Under the pieces are notes generated by a model. That model searched no databases. It saw only the letters and a program-made list of their open reading frames with translations, and was not told where the DNA came from. 64,000 nt of DNA, from the IMG/VR virus record IMGVR_UViG_2788500098_000001; one strand, 5' to 3'. Below are positions 1 through 9,933 of this stretch, piece after piece. The position numbers were made by a program, and so were the translations under genes. Origin of the DNA: a virus. How positions within the stretch are numbered: position 1 is the stretch's first letter; the number at the start of each line of letters is the position of its first letter.

Positions 1-8
1 GCTTATGG

Positions 9-40
9 AACAGGCGGGGGGGTACTCCCGCCTGTTTTTT
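9..40 (+). terminator. Intrinsic terminator
   Basis: AACAGGCGGG..CCCGCCTGTT stem followed by a T run. Confidence 0.85.
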
Positions 41-382
41 ACTACTAACGTGCAGGAAAAGAGCCTATTATGTTAAGACTACACTTCATGTGAGCCCATG
101 TTTTAGGAACATTTTCCGCTCTCCTTGGCGAGGCCATCTAATTCGTATAAGTGGGTACTGGAAATTTGCTGGGACTGGCCGCCTGAAATCGTTCGTTTCC
201 GGTGGTCTGGTGTCCAATTGACAAAGTAAGAGTTTGCATAGTATGACACTTATGTTCACGAAGTAGGCGTATTACCGTTGATATAGCACAACAATCGATG
301 GGGTGTTAGCTTACTGGTATGGTCTGTCTTGAAGAAAGTTCCATGTTCCAATGATTCTGAGATATGAGAAGGTGGTGAAAAC

Positions 383-940
383 ATGGCGAAGGCAAGAGAT
401 GTTGCTCGGTATATTCTGAGTCAAAGGCATGCACAAGGTCACATGACCACGACATTAACACTACAGAATTTACTTTATTACTGCCAGGCATGGATGCTTG
501 TGGCAAAGGACAGAGAACTGTTCAGCGAGCTGATAGAGGCAGGGGAGCATGGCCCAGTAGTACAGGATAGTTTTACCTCATATTGCGGGAGTCATAAGTA
601 CATTTTCCCACGAGAGATTCTTGATAGTGATGCCAATCAGTTGACTATCGAGGAACGGTCTCTCATCGAACATGTCATGGAATCATACAACGAAGTGGAG
701 GACGGTGACCTCGACGACAAGCTCGAGGAGATAAGTCATGCTGAGAATCCATGGTCTGATGCCAGGGAAACCGACGATAAGATCATAACACGAGAGAGCA
801 TGCTGGATTATTATTCCGCATTGCAGGCCGACCCCTCCAAGAGCCATGCGGCACCGATACCGAACTTGACTGACGTGTCTGACCGAACGTTCATTTCCCA
901 AGAAGATGGCGACTGGATGAGTTCCCTGCTGGCCGAGTGA
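383..940 (+). CDS. Panacea-domain (DUF4065/SocA-like) antitoxin-type protein
   Basis: A.DVARYIL, LQNLLYYCQAW, AGEHGPVV and SHAENPW motifs typical of DUF4065. Confidence 0.85.
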   Translation: MAKARDVARYILSQRHAQGHMTTTLTLQNLLYYCQAWMLVAKDRELFSELIEAGEHGPVVQDSFTSYCGSHKYIFPREILDSDANQLTIEERSLIEHVMESYNEVEDGDLDDKLEEISHAENPWSDARETDDKIITRESMLDYYSALQADPSKSHAAPIPNLTDVSDRTFISQEDGDWMSSLLAE

Positions 941-1391
941 CACATGATGCGAATGCATAGAAGCCACACTATAGGACAAAATAGTCAAACGTGACGAAAC
1001 CCATAGTCTTGGACGAGTTTCTTTACAGAGAGCCTGAACCACGGAATGCGTGTGCGAGGCAAGACTACCCCTGCCAATCTCCTCCAAGTCCAAGGTTTAA
1101 CGAAGCAATAGCACCTTAAAAGCAAGTAAGGGTTGCACTAGCATGAACCAAAACTGATAAACAGCTTCGGGCAGTAATGTAGCATCGTTGGCGTTTACAA
1201 GGCTTGTGTAACTAGATTAGCTGGTGACAGTGTCTGGTATCAGGTATGAGTTATTCGATATTTCATGTTGTTAAACTAGTGCTTGTTGGTTCATATTAGA
1301 GATTGTCGTTTATGATGATGTATAACGATAGTGACAGTGGTAGGGAATTGTTAGAGGGGGGATTTCCTGTCTTATGGGTCTGTTTTCTTTT

Positions 1392-1410
1392 TTGGACGCA
1401 TATTCATAGT
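1392..1410 (+). promoter_or_regulatory. Class A motif
   Basis: TTGGACGCATATTCATAGT upstream of the CDS at 1477. Confidence 0.75.
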
Positions 1411-1476
1411 GTCACTAGTTTACGTGTTTGTTACCAGTACACTGGTAATAGAAACAACTGTTATGAAGGGGCGACT

Positions 1477-2508
1477 ATGAACGTTGCAAACCAGTCGAAC
1501 GATGAGGTTAATGAAACCAGTAAGCCATTACCATCTAAGACACCAGGAAAGAAAACTATCAATATTCAACGCTTGTGGGTGTTGGTGGTTGCTGTCAGTG
1601 TTGTTGTGGTGATGGTGGTTGTGGGTGTTTTCTGGTATCAGCATGCTCAGCAGCAAGCTCACCAGAAAGCGTTTAGCGCTTGCACGAACGCGGGTACTCG
1701 TGCTGAGCAAACCAGTAAGCGGCTTACTCAGAGTGTGCAGGATGCTCGTACTCTGGTCTCAGGTGGTGAACAACAGGTAGCAGATCCTACTACAGTGAAA
1801 ACACTTGCTGATACGTTGCACACGGTGAAAGAAGATGAGCTGAGTGTTTCATGTGACCCGGGTATGAGTACTCGTGAGTTGGAACATAGTGAGCAAGCGG
1901 CTAACACGTGGAATACACGGCATGCGCAACTGCTCACAACTCTGGACCATCAACGTACTGTTGTGAATGCTTCTCGAGTGAAGAAAACTCTCGTTGATGC
2001 TCAAACCCAGTTGCATGCTAAGAAGGAAGAAGCTCGTAAACTGTTAGCTGATTCTGAGCATAAGGTAGCGGATAATACGTGTCGTGAAGCGTTACAGCAG
2101 GCTATAGGTGAAGCTGATCAACTTTCTTCAACTCAAGCAGATGATTATGTGAAAGCTGGAGCTAATCTTGATCGTACGATGAGTTCCGTCACCCAGAACA
2201 TGAACGCTACTATGCTTGTTGCTCAACAACCAGTAGCTACTACTCCTAATAATCCTGCTGCTGTGAATGCTCCCATGGGTACTCCGGGTCAAGGTTCTTC
2301 CCAGCCGCAAACCGGTAGTAAACCAATAACACCCGCACCGGTAACACCGCGAGCGCCAGCCCAACCACAACCAGCACCCGCACCAGCGCCTCGAGTTCCA
2401 GTTCCCGCACCACAGCAACCAGCACCAAGCGGTAATGATGATTGGGCATTATTCCCGGGAGGAGATCATCACTTAATTTGCAACAATGGCAATTGTGTTG
2501 GTAATTGA
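1477..2508 (+). CDS. Membrane-anchored surface protein (TM, coiled-coil/FIVAR-like, Pro-rich tail)
   Basis: One N-terminal TM, helical middle, PAP-rich C-terminus; start moved to ATG 1477 (GAAGGGG upstream, downstream of the class A motif). Confidence 0.75.
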   Translation: MNVANQSNDEVNETSKPLPSKTPGKKTINIQRLWVLVVAVSVVVVMVVVGVFWYQHAQQQAHQKAFSACTNAGTRAEQTSKRLTQSVQDARTLVSGGEQQVADPTTVKTLADTLHTVKEDELSVSCDPGMSTRELEHSEQAANTWNTRHAQLLTTLDHQRTVVNASRVKKTLVDAQTQLHAKKEEARKLLADSEHKVADNTCREALQQAIGEADQLSSTQADDYVKAGANLDRTMSSVTQNMNATMLVAQQPVATTPNNPAAVNAPMGTPGQGSSQPQTGSKPITPAPVTPRAPAQPQPAPAPAPRVPVPAPQQPAPSGNDDWALFPGGDHHLICNNGNCVGN

Positions 2509-2526
2509 ACCCATAAATAACTAACT

Positions 2527-2565
2527 AAATCCCCGGTTGTAACTGTCTATGACTGGGGATTTTTT
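2527..2565 (+). terminator. Intrinsic terminator
   Basis: AAATCCCC..GGGGATTTTTT. Confidence 0.7.
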
Positions 2566-2569
2566 ATGC

Positions 2570-2575
2570 GCATAG
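2570..2575 (+). promoter_or_regulatory. Class B motif (leadered)
   Basis: GCATAG 30 nt before the SD-preceded ATG at 2605. Confidence 0.5.
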
Positions 2576-2604
2576 GTATGGGTAACTCTATGAAAGGAGT
2601 ACCT

Positions 2605-5600
2605 ATGCGACAAACGTTGCGTAAATTTGGTATGGCGTTGATAGCGTTTATTGTTGGCGCTGCCACGCTTATAGGCGGTACTGTAACCGCTCAAGCTGCC
2701 ACTAACTCGGGACCAGGCTACTGGTTTAACCCGTTTAGAGAAGGACCAGTATTCGCTGGTAAACACGGTGTAGGACTAGGTGTATTAGGTATGAAAGACG
2801 GTTTACCTGTCTACTGCATCGAATCCGGTATACCTGCTGGTAGTTTAGATGGCAACTGGCAGCTAGCCGATGACATGAATTCAAGAATAGGCGCAACTCT
2901 AGTAGACCGAAATAAAGGCGATATGAGTGATATGACTCAAGCCGCCGTCCAATACGCTATCCATGATCATTTAGACCAAGGATCATCAGCTTGGAGTGTC
3001 TACAAACGACAAAGCCTTGAGGGTGCCAACATGGCAGACGTAGCCAACAGAGCAACACAACTATGGAATGATGCAGCACAAAATGTCCCAGACAGTGGTG
3101 CGATAGACTATCGATACACACAAGCTCAACGCGAAGGAGATATACGAGTTTTTATAAAAAACTCTGCTGGGAACTACGTGCAAGGGATACCTTGGCGTAT
3201 TGAAGTTTCTGGTCCAGTGAATGTAACAGGACCGACTTCTGGGGTGACTGGTCAAACAGAGACTGTTATCCATTGGAAGGCAACCGGTAACGGAGATGTC
3301 AGAATTCGTCCTTTCTATAAAGTTTCGACTGCCAAAAAGTTAGCGTCATCCTCTCAAGATGTATTCATGGCGGGCGACCCTCTAACGAAAAGTGGCAATG
3401 AGGTTCAGTTTAGGGTGCAGTTGAGTTTCCAGCCTACTGTTAGTACTCAGGTGAGTTCGAAACAATTAGCGCGTGGTGAGCCTGTAAAAGATAAAGTTAC
3501 TTCTGGTCTTAGTGGAGATGCGCCATGGGTGCCAGGCACCAGTGTTCCAGCGCATGGTTATTATTTCCAAAGTAAAGCTCCTATTGATTCGATACCGCAA
3601 ACTGGTGGTATTGAAAATCCTGAAAACGTGGACTCGTATTTAGCAAGAGTGAAACAACGTTATGGTGAGCCAGTAGCTACAGCAGATACTGTGTTTACTG
3701 GGCCGAATCAAACTAATGAGGTAACAGGACAAGCACGTGGTAGGCAGTATGTGAATCCTGAAGACGGTTTGTTTGGTAACTGGGTTTGGATTATACGTAA
3801 GAGTGATGCAGGAGCTGCTCAAGGTAATATTAAAGCCGATTATATTCACACAGCAGGTCAAGTACCTGAGTCTAGTGTTCATCATATTCAAACATCCGTT
3901 TGGTCTGAAGTTGCTGAACCTCATGCTATGACGGGTGCTGATATTCGAGATGTGATACATGTGACTGGGTTGCCTAAAGATTTGGGTGATTTCAAGGGTG
4001 GTAATGGTTTTGGTGCTGATGAGCGTAATGCGACAGTACAAGTATGGTGGTCAGGTGCTACCGGAGCGGATGAAGGTGTTAAAGAAGCAGACATGCGTTT
4101 CATGCCTTCCACACCACAAGCCCCGACACCTGATGCGAATCATAAGCTCTTACAAACACTGACGTATGATTTACGTAAGCTTATTGATTTAGAAGGTAAC
4201 ACGTATCATCAGCGTTTAGATATTCGGGTTGCTGGTGGTAATGCTGGTAGTCCTTTAGCTGATGGTTCTCACGTGTCGATACCGGGGACGAAAACCGGGT
4301 ATTACACGTTTGTTTTCTCGTATCCTGGTTGTGATCGTGTAGCGAAATATACAAGCGCTTATAATGATCAGTTCGAATCAACGTTCGTGACGAAAGAAAA
4401 GGCAACGATTGATTTGACTTCGAACACTAACCCGGATTCGGTGCTTGTGGGGGAAAGTTTCTTTGATGTTGCGCATATTGTTGGTGATTTGAATATTACT
4501 CAAGGCGCGTATGTTACGTTTGATGCGTATCAGCCGGTTGTTGGTAAACCTGATCCTAGTGTGGGTAAGATTCTTGACCAGGATAAGCATGTGTTGTCTG
4601 CTGACCAGTTAACTACGCTTCATCAAGGTCATTCCGTGGATGTTCAATCATCATCGATTCAAGCTCAGTCAAGTGGTACGGTGTACTGGCAGGCTGCTTT
4701 ACATGATGCTAATGGCACTATTGTAGCTACTCATGAGCTTGGTATTAAAAGCGAAAGCACGGTGATTAAGGGTGGTGGAACGATTAGCTCCATCGCTCAA
4801 ACTCAGGGTGCTGTGGGTGGTCCTGCCTGGGATATTATCACTGTTGCTGATAAAACGAATGGTGTAGGTCGAGGTAATATTCCTGCTGGTTCGATAGTGC
4901 GTGTATCCTACTATAAGCATGAAGGGCAAGCCCAACCTGTTAAGGGACAGCTGGTAGGTACGAAAGAGTTTCCTGTAGATATAGCTAAGCTTGGTGCTCG
5001 CCCTGGATCATATAGTTTCCAAGCGAATGTTGGTACGTATCCAGCTGCTGGCCAATATTATTGGGTGCATCAACTCATCGGACCTGATGGCGCTGTGATT
5101 GATGAAGGCCATTATGGTGATGATAGTGAGCGTACACCAGTACAAGAGTATGCTACGGATACTGCTAAGAAATGGTTGTCCACTAATGATGAGCAGTATA
5201 GTACGAAAACTATTGAAACCTATGATGCATTAACCCAGAAATATTATGCTCAATGGGGTTCAGACATGGAATCAAAGACTCGTGAGGGTCAAACCATGCC
5301 TGGTACGCAAGCACAATTTAGTATCTGGTCTCACACTGGTGATGTGACTCAAGACGCGAAGATTGTAGATGGTAAGCCTATTGATCTGCCGAAAGTTCCT
5401 ACGAATAAGCAGGAGCATTTCGAACAGAAAATCAGGTCTGAAACCTTCTCGCTACCTTCTTCCATTACTCCTGGAACCTATTATTATCGGGCGCGTGTCA
5501 CGAATAGTGTTGATGCGCAGCATTTACGTGATATAGGTGTCGCTTCAGATGGTCTTGTCTGGGAAGCTCCGCAACGAGTAGAGCGTGAAAGCTTTGATGT

Positions 5601-8118
5601 GATTCGCGTTACCTCTCGTGCTAGCGAAACCGCGTGGACCACAGACCAGCAGCATGTGGAAGAACAATTGATCGTGGATGGTAATCTACCTGCTGATAGT
5701 AAGTATGAAGTGGAATTATGGTCTCGTGATGCTAATGGTATAGCCGTGAAGAAAATCAGTTCCACTGGTGTTCAACCTATTCCTGCTGCTATTACAGGTC
5801 ATGGTGTGATACCAGTGAGTATGAACGCGCCTACAGAACCGGGAGGCTACCAGTTCCGTCATAAGATTTGGACTCCAGACCAGCAAGGCGGGCCAGTAGA
5901 AGCTAGTACTGCTGGCATCATATTGCCTCCTGATTGGGCTCCCGCACCAGATAAGCATGCTGGATATCAGCACAGTGAACTCATCGCTAACACGGATCAC
6001 GATGCTAGTGAACAATTCGAAATGATTCGTATCACTACTGATGTCACTGGTATGACAGGTATTCATACCACAGCGAACGGTGAGCATTATTTGAATGTCA
6101 CTAAAGGTGCTCAAACCAATGATCACGCTAAGATTGAAGGTCATGTGCCAGCCGGGTATAAGCTTGGATTCCGCTTGTATAAGCAGGCTCCTGGTGATGA
6201 TCCCACACAAGACAAGCAGATAGCTTCTATCGCGGCCACTGATGTAGCTGAAGCAACGACCGTATTACAATCCGCGCTCACTGATATCACTGATCCTGGT
6301 GACTATTACTGGCAGTATGTGTTCACTAAAGCTGACGGTAAGCCTTGGAGTCCAGACGGTGAACGTGAAGTGGTTAGTGATAAACGAATTAAAGCTGAAA
6401 GCTTCCATGCGGTGAGAGTCACTACCGCCACCTACCAGTGGAGCAGTAAACATGGTAAAGCCACAGACACTGCTATTATCGACGGCTGTCTACCAGTAGA
6501 CGCGACGATCGGGTTTGAATTACATGAGTATGAGTCTAAAACTCAAGCAGGGTCTCTATCTCCCGTGAAACTATCCGACCTGGGTTATAAGCCATGCACG
6601 AATGGTGATAGCACACAACAGGTTGTTTCCCGCGAGGTAAGCGTGCCGCAAGCTATCGACTATTATTGGGTGGAACATGTGCGCCTGCCTGGTGATGATA
6701 CTGATTTCCATCGAGGTGATGAGCGAGTACCTCACGAGTCAACTCGTGCTATCGATGCCACTACACAAGTGACACCACAAATCATGCTAGGTATGGCCAT
6801 TCACGATGACACTGACCTACAGCATATTCAATATGCTCAAGATGAGGATATTCGAGATGATCTCAAACCAAGTTTGAAAGCCTCATGGGAATTATGGAAG
6901 CAGGACACCACTAGTGATGATAGTGCTAAGGATAAGCTGGTAACCACGATCGATAAGGAGGGTGTGCCTCTCAGTGACGGGCAAGCAAACGCTTCCTCGA
7001 GTGACATTATCCCTACCGATGTGGGCATGTATTATTGGCGTATCCGTATCAGCGGGCCTGACGGTAAGCTCATCAAGTATGGATCTGCTCGTGATCTAGC
7101 GGAAACCTTCCGTGTGATTACAGCAGTCAGTCATACGCAACGGCTCATCCAGTCTGGTACACCCGCTACCGACCAGGTCACGATTACCGGTCCTGTAGCA
7201 CCTGGCACGATGGTGTCCTGGAAAGCATGGCGTCAACAGCCTGGTGACGGGTCAGCAGATGAGCAAGTCTTAGACTATTATGATCCCGCTCATGGTGCTG
7301 CCATTGTTGAGGGTGCTCAAGCTCGTGGTGCTCTCACCACAGGTAAAACAGTGATTACAACACCTCACGCTTATAAGGAAACAAAACCTGGGGATAGTAT
7401 TTACTGGCAGTTCAGTATCACCAGCCCACGGCGAGATGATAAGAATATGCTAATGACTCCAACCCTAGGTAAAGATGGTGCATACACTACGCATCATTTA
7501 ACCCAGGCATGCCCGACCACATTACAAGCTCCTCTTCCAGGACAACAGGAAGAAGCTAGTACACCTGATAGTAAGTCGTGTGTTTTACAGCCTCTATTCA
7601 CGGATAAAGCCCGGGTTGAGGATGAAACCTTTAACGTTATCAAGGTTACGACTAAAACTAAAGGCGAAGCCATGGTAGGTGACATGATCCATGACACAGC
7701 ATTGATTGAAGGTACTGTACCGTCAAGCACGAAGTATTGCATCGCGTTTGAATACTGGAAGCAAGACAAGGGTTCTGATGTGAGCTTGGATAAGCTGGAA
7801 ACCACTACTGATTGTGTGCCTGTACCTGCTGGCGCACATGAAGTACAAGGACCTGAGCATAAAGCGGTACATGCTGGTCTTCACTATTATAGGGAACGCT
7901 TGCTGCCATCAGAGCATCGGGACGGACCTCCGATAGTGTACGGTCAACCACGTGTCCCAGGTGAAAGCGTGAATGTGAAACAACCGCCATTACCAGTAAC
8001 GGGTACACGGTTAGCGGGTATTCTAGTGGTTGCCGTGCTTATGGTTCTTGTTCTCATTGGTATACATGCCAATGCTAAGCGCAGTAACCGTATAGCACAC
8101 CATAGGAAGCAAGCATAA
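2605..8118 (+). CDS. Large sortase-anchored adhesin (signal peptide, thioester-domain-like N-terminus, repeated Ig-like/VaFE-type domains, LPVTG)
   Basis: AAAGGAG SD before ATG 2605; signal peptide; YCIE..TQAAV; repeated (H)DTA.I / D.R...E units; LPVTG-TM-basic tail. Confidence 0.9.
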   Translation: MRQTLRKFGMALIAFIVGAATLIGGTVTAQAATNSGPGYWFNPFREGPVFAGKHGVGLGVLGMKDGLPVYCIESGIPAGSLDGNWQLADDMNSRIGATLVDRNKGDMSDMTQAAVQYAIHDHLDQGSSAWSVYKRQSLEGANMADVANRATQLWNDAAQNVPDSGAIDYRYTQAQREGDIRVFIKNSAGNYVQGIPWRIEVSGPVNVTGPTSGVTGQTETVIHWKATGNGDVRIRPFYKVSTAKKLASSSQDVFMAGDPLTKSGNEVQFRVQLSFQPTVSTQVSSKQLARGEPVKDKVTSGLSGDAPWVPGTSVPAHGYYFQSKAPIDSIPQTGGIENPENVDSYLARVKQRYGEPVATADTVFTGPNQTNEVTGQARGRQYVNPEDGLFGNWVWIIRKSDAGAAQGNIKADYIHTAGQVPESSVHHIQTSVWSEVAEPHAMTGADIRDVIHVTGLPKDLGDFKGGNGFGADERNATVQVWWSGATGADEGVKEADMRFMPSTPQAPTPDANHKLLQTLTYDLRKLIDLEGNTYHQRLDIRVAGGNAGSPLADGSHVSIPGTKTGYYTFVFSYPGCDRVAKYTSAYNDQFESTFVTKEKATIDLTSNTNPDSVLVGESFFDVAHIVGDLNITQGAYVTFDAYQPVVGKPDPSVGKILDQDKHVLSADQLTTLHQGHSVDVQSSSIQAQSSGTVYWQAALHDANGTIVATHELGIKSESTVIKGGGTISSIAQTQGAVGGPAWDIITVADKTNGVGRGNIPAGSIVRVSYYKHEGQAQPVKGQLVGTKEFPVDIAKLGARPGSYSFQANVGTYPAAGQYYWVHQLIGPDGAVIDEGHYGDDSERTPVQEYATDTAKKWLSTNDEQYSTKTIETYDALTQKYYAQWGSDMESKTREGQTMPGTQAQFSIWSHTGDVTQDAKIVDGKPIDLPKVPTNKQEHFEQKIRSETFSLPSSITPGTYYYRARVTNSVDAQHLRDIGVASDGLVWEAPQRVERESFDVIRVTSRASETAWTTDQQHVEEQLIVDGNLPADSKYEVELWSRDANGIAVKKISSTGVQPIPAAITGHGVIPVSMNAPTEPGGYQFRHKIWTPDQQGGPVEASTAGIILPPDWAPAPDKHAGYQHSELIANTDHDASEQFEMIRITTDVTGMTGIHTTANGEHYLNVTKGAQTNDHAKIEGHVPAGYKLGFRLYKQAPGDDPTQDKQIASIAATDVAEATTVLQSALTDITDPGDYYWQYVFTKADGKPWSPDGEREVVSDKRIKAESFHAVRVTTATYQWSSKHGKATDTAIIDGCLPVDATIGFELHEYESKTQAGSLSPVKLSDLGYKPCTNGDSTQQVVSREVSVPQAIDYYWVEHVRLPGDDTDFHRGDERVPHESTRAIDATTQVTPQIMLGMAIHDDTDLQHIQYAQDEDIRDDLKPSLKASWELWKQDTTSDDSAKDKLVTTIDKEGVPLSDGQANASSSDIIPTDVGMYYWRIRISGPDGKLIKYGSARDLAETFRVITAVSHTQRLIQSGTPATDQVTITGPVAPGTMVSWKAWRQQPGDGSADEQVLDYYDPAHGAAIVEGAQARGALTTGKTVITTPHAYKETKPGDSIYWQFSITSPRRDDKNMLMTPTLGKDGAYTTHHLTQACPTTLQAPLPGQQEEASTPDSKSCVLQPLFTDKARVEDETFNVIKVTTKTKGEAMVGDMIHDTALIEGTVPSSTKYCIAFEYWKQDKGSDVSLDKLETTTDCVPVPAGAHEVQGPEHKAVHAGLHYYRERLLPSEHRDGPPIVYGQPRVPGESVNVKQPPLPVTGTRLAGILVVAVLMVLVLIGIHANAKRSNRIAHHRKQA

Positions 8119-8137
8119 CTGCTGAATGCTAACTATA

Positions 8138-8178
8138 GGGGAGGGTGAATACTGTTATAGTGTTCACTCTCCTTTCTT
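8138..8178 (+). terminator. Intrinsic terminator
   Basis: GGGAGGGTGAATAC..GTGTTCACTCTCCT stem followed by TTCTT. Confidence 0.75.
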
Positions 8179-8351
8179 ACTGAATCTGACAAACAATGCT
8201 CTGGTAATTAATTTCAGTACGAATAGACGCAAGATACAATGGGATAATTATGTGCTTACCAATATCGTTGCAATTTGAGGGCAAACAAAGTTGGACTTGG
8301 TTCATCATTATTGAAGATTTATCTAAATAAACGTATAAGCGTGATAATCCG

Positions 8352-8363
8352 CGCATAAATGCG
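8352..8363. promoter_or_regulatory. Palindromic operator candidate CGCAT-AA-ATGCG
   Basis: Perfect palindrome 14 nt before the XRE gene; related GCAT-A-ATGC at 8839-8847 before the second XRE gene. Confidence 0.45.
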
Positions 8364-8377
8364 TATTCTTAGTAAGT

Positions 8378-8608
8378 ATGGGACAAAAGACAATCAAAGT
8401 TAGTGACTTCAATCGGAAAATAAGTAAATCAATCAGATCAGGAATGGGCGTACGTCGACTTTCAGGCAGAGCACTAAGTAGGCAAATTGGTCGAAGTGAG
8501 ACCTATATAAGGGCACGCATAAAAGATGAAGCAGAATGGGCACTTTCAGACATTGAGCTTATCTGCCAAGCGTGGGACATCAGCCCAGAAAAGCTGTTTA
8601 CTGAGTAG
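8378..8608 (+). CDS. XRE-family HTH regulator
   Basis: LSGRALSRQIGRSETYI..W.LSDIE.IC pattern. Confidence 0.85.
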   Translation: MGQKTIKVSDFNRKISKSIRSGMGVRRLSGRALSRQIGRSETYIRARIKDEAEWALSDIELICQAWDISPEKLFTE

Positions 8609-8888
8609 TTTTTCTGGAATCCTCATATCTTTTGCAAAACTCAAGATTTGCCCCATCGTAAATCGACTAGGGTTTCGCTTAAGCATCCTTTGTTGTAGTT
8701 CTCGCCACAGTGAGAATACGTGCCATAACAGCAGTCTTATCACACCGTCTCATTACGATGTGAGCTTCTTTTACAGTGTACTGGTTACTCCCAATTGCGT
8801 GAAATCTATCTATCTGTCTGCTTGTCTTGAGCGCACTTGCATAATGCGATAGTGTCTTGAACTTATTCGTCTTTTTTCAAGAACTAAT

Positions 8889-9140
8889 ATGGTGAACATG
8901 AGAGATAAAAAATATAGATCTAACGATGCCGTTTCTTCTTATATGAGAGATGTCATGAAACGTAAAGGCATCACACAAGACGACATGGCAAGAGCAAGCG
9001 GTCGCGCTCAGTCATATATAGCCAAGCACCTTATGGAACACTCCACATGGAAGATAGACGACATCGAGGCAATAGCACCACTCTTCGGGTACCCCAATGC
9101 GTTATCTCTTATGTCAGCTGCTTTTGACTATAAAAATTAA
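8889..9140 (+). CDS. XRE-family HTH regulator
   Basis: ITQDDMARASGRAQSYI..WKIDDIE pattern. Confidence 0.85.
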   Translation: MVNMRDKKYRSNDAVSSYMRDVMKRKGITQDDMARASGRAQSYIAKHLMEHSTWKIDDIEAIAPLFGYPNALSLMSAAFDYKN

Positions 9141-9480
9141 TCTTACCTATAGTGAACACTTTGCCACGAACATCATAATTGCGCGATTCGCACGTATACG
9201 AAGTACAACATAGCGAACAAACTCAGTCCTCCCGCCCCAATAATTCCTAACTTACGAACTCGTTTCCTTGTCATTGATAACAAGGTGGTAGCTTAAGCGG
9301 TAGGGTACACCTCATTTCGAGTACAGCGAGGTTGTAATTGATATATTTTGAACCATACTATTTTTACGTTTGTATAGGATGCGAGAAAACAAGCATGCAG
9401 CTTGTATAGTGCTGTTTCAAGGATACAACTTGCAGTGTGCTTCGAATGACTGAGATTGCTCAAACAAAGTATGAGAATAC

Positions 9481-9698
9481 AATCCTGTAGTGTTTTCGAG
9501 TGAGTGTGACCCAGAGCTTAGTGTTTTTTAATGATGATGATGATAAGTACATTCTTAATCGCATTGTTAAAGAGTATGGTAATGCGACTGGGAGGGATCT
9601 TGAGTGCAAGAGTCACAATGAGGTCCCGTGGTTGGGTGTTGTCGATAATTGAGCGCATCCCTTATGAATTGGCTTTTTACCATGGGACTTTTACTTAA
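9481..9698 (+). pseudogene. Decayed Panacea (DUF4065)-family gene, 3' part
   Basis: With two frameshifts reads DPELSVF/NDDDDKYILNRIVKEYGNATGRDLECKSHNEVPW../ERIPYELAFY, matching the Panacea C-terminal pattern. Confidence 0.65.
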
Positions 9699-9824
9699 AT
9701 ACGTGACTTGAACTACTGCAAAGTTTCTGGAAGCTGCTACGTAAAAACTATTCTGGTTGAGAAGAAGCTATGCCACGAATACGGCACTTGAAGCATCCAA
9801 ACGTTCTTACGGTATATTCACTCT

Positions 9825-9878
9825 GTTGCGGACAATTGGTGCGTACTACGATGGAAGTACGCACCAATTGTCCGCAAC
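9825..9878. repeat. Perfect 23-bp inverted repeat with 8-nt loop
   Basis: GTTGCGGACAATTGGTGCGTACT-acgatgga-AGTACGCACCAATTGTCCGCAAC. Confidence 0.95.
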
Positions 9879-9933
9879 TATTGAAGGGTAAAACTGTGTG
9901 CTAACCATGCTCTTCGTTGGTATTACCTTTATT

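Noticed and set aside
218-247. TTGACA sigma-70 promoter for the Panacea gene
   Set aside because: Best -10 candidates give 15 or 18 bp spacing with a poor match; plausible but not supportable.
236-960. GCATAG at 236-241 and 955-960 as class B promoters
   Set aside because: No credible downstream start at the 8-9 nt spacing; within chance expectation for a hexamer.
1303-1476. Upstream start for the first surface protein
   Set aside because: Spans the class A motif; composition looks non-coding.
9824-9837. Tn7-like end (TGTTGCGGACAAT resembles TGTGGGCGGACAAT)
   Set aside because: No internal TnsB-site repeats, no tns genes, and the opposite end lacks the terminal ACA.
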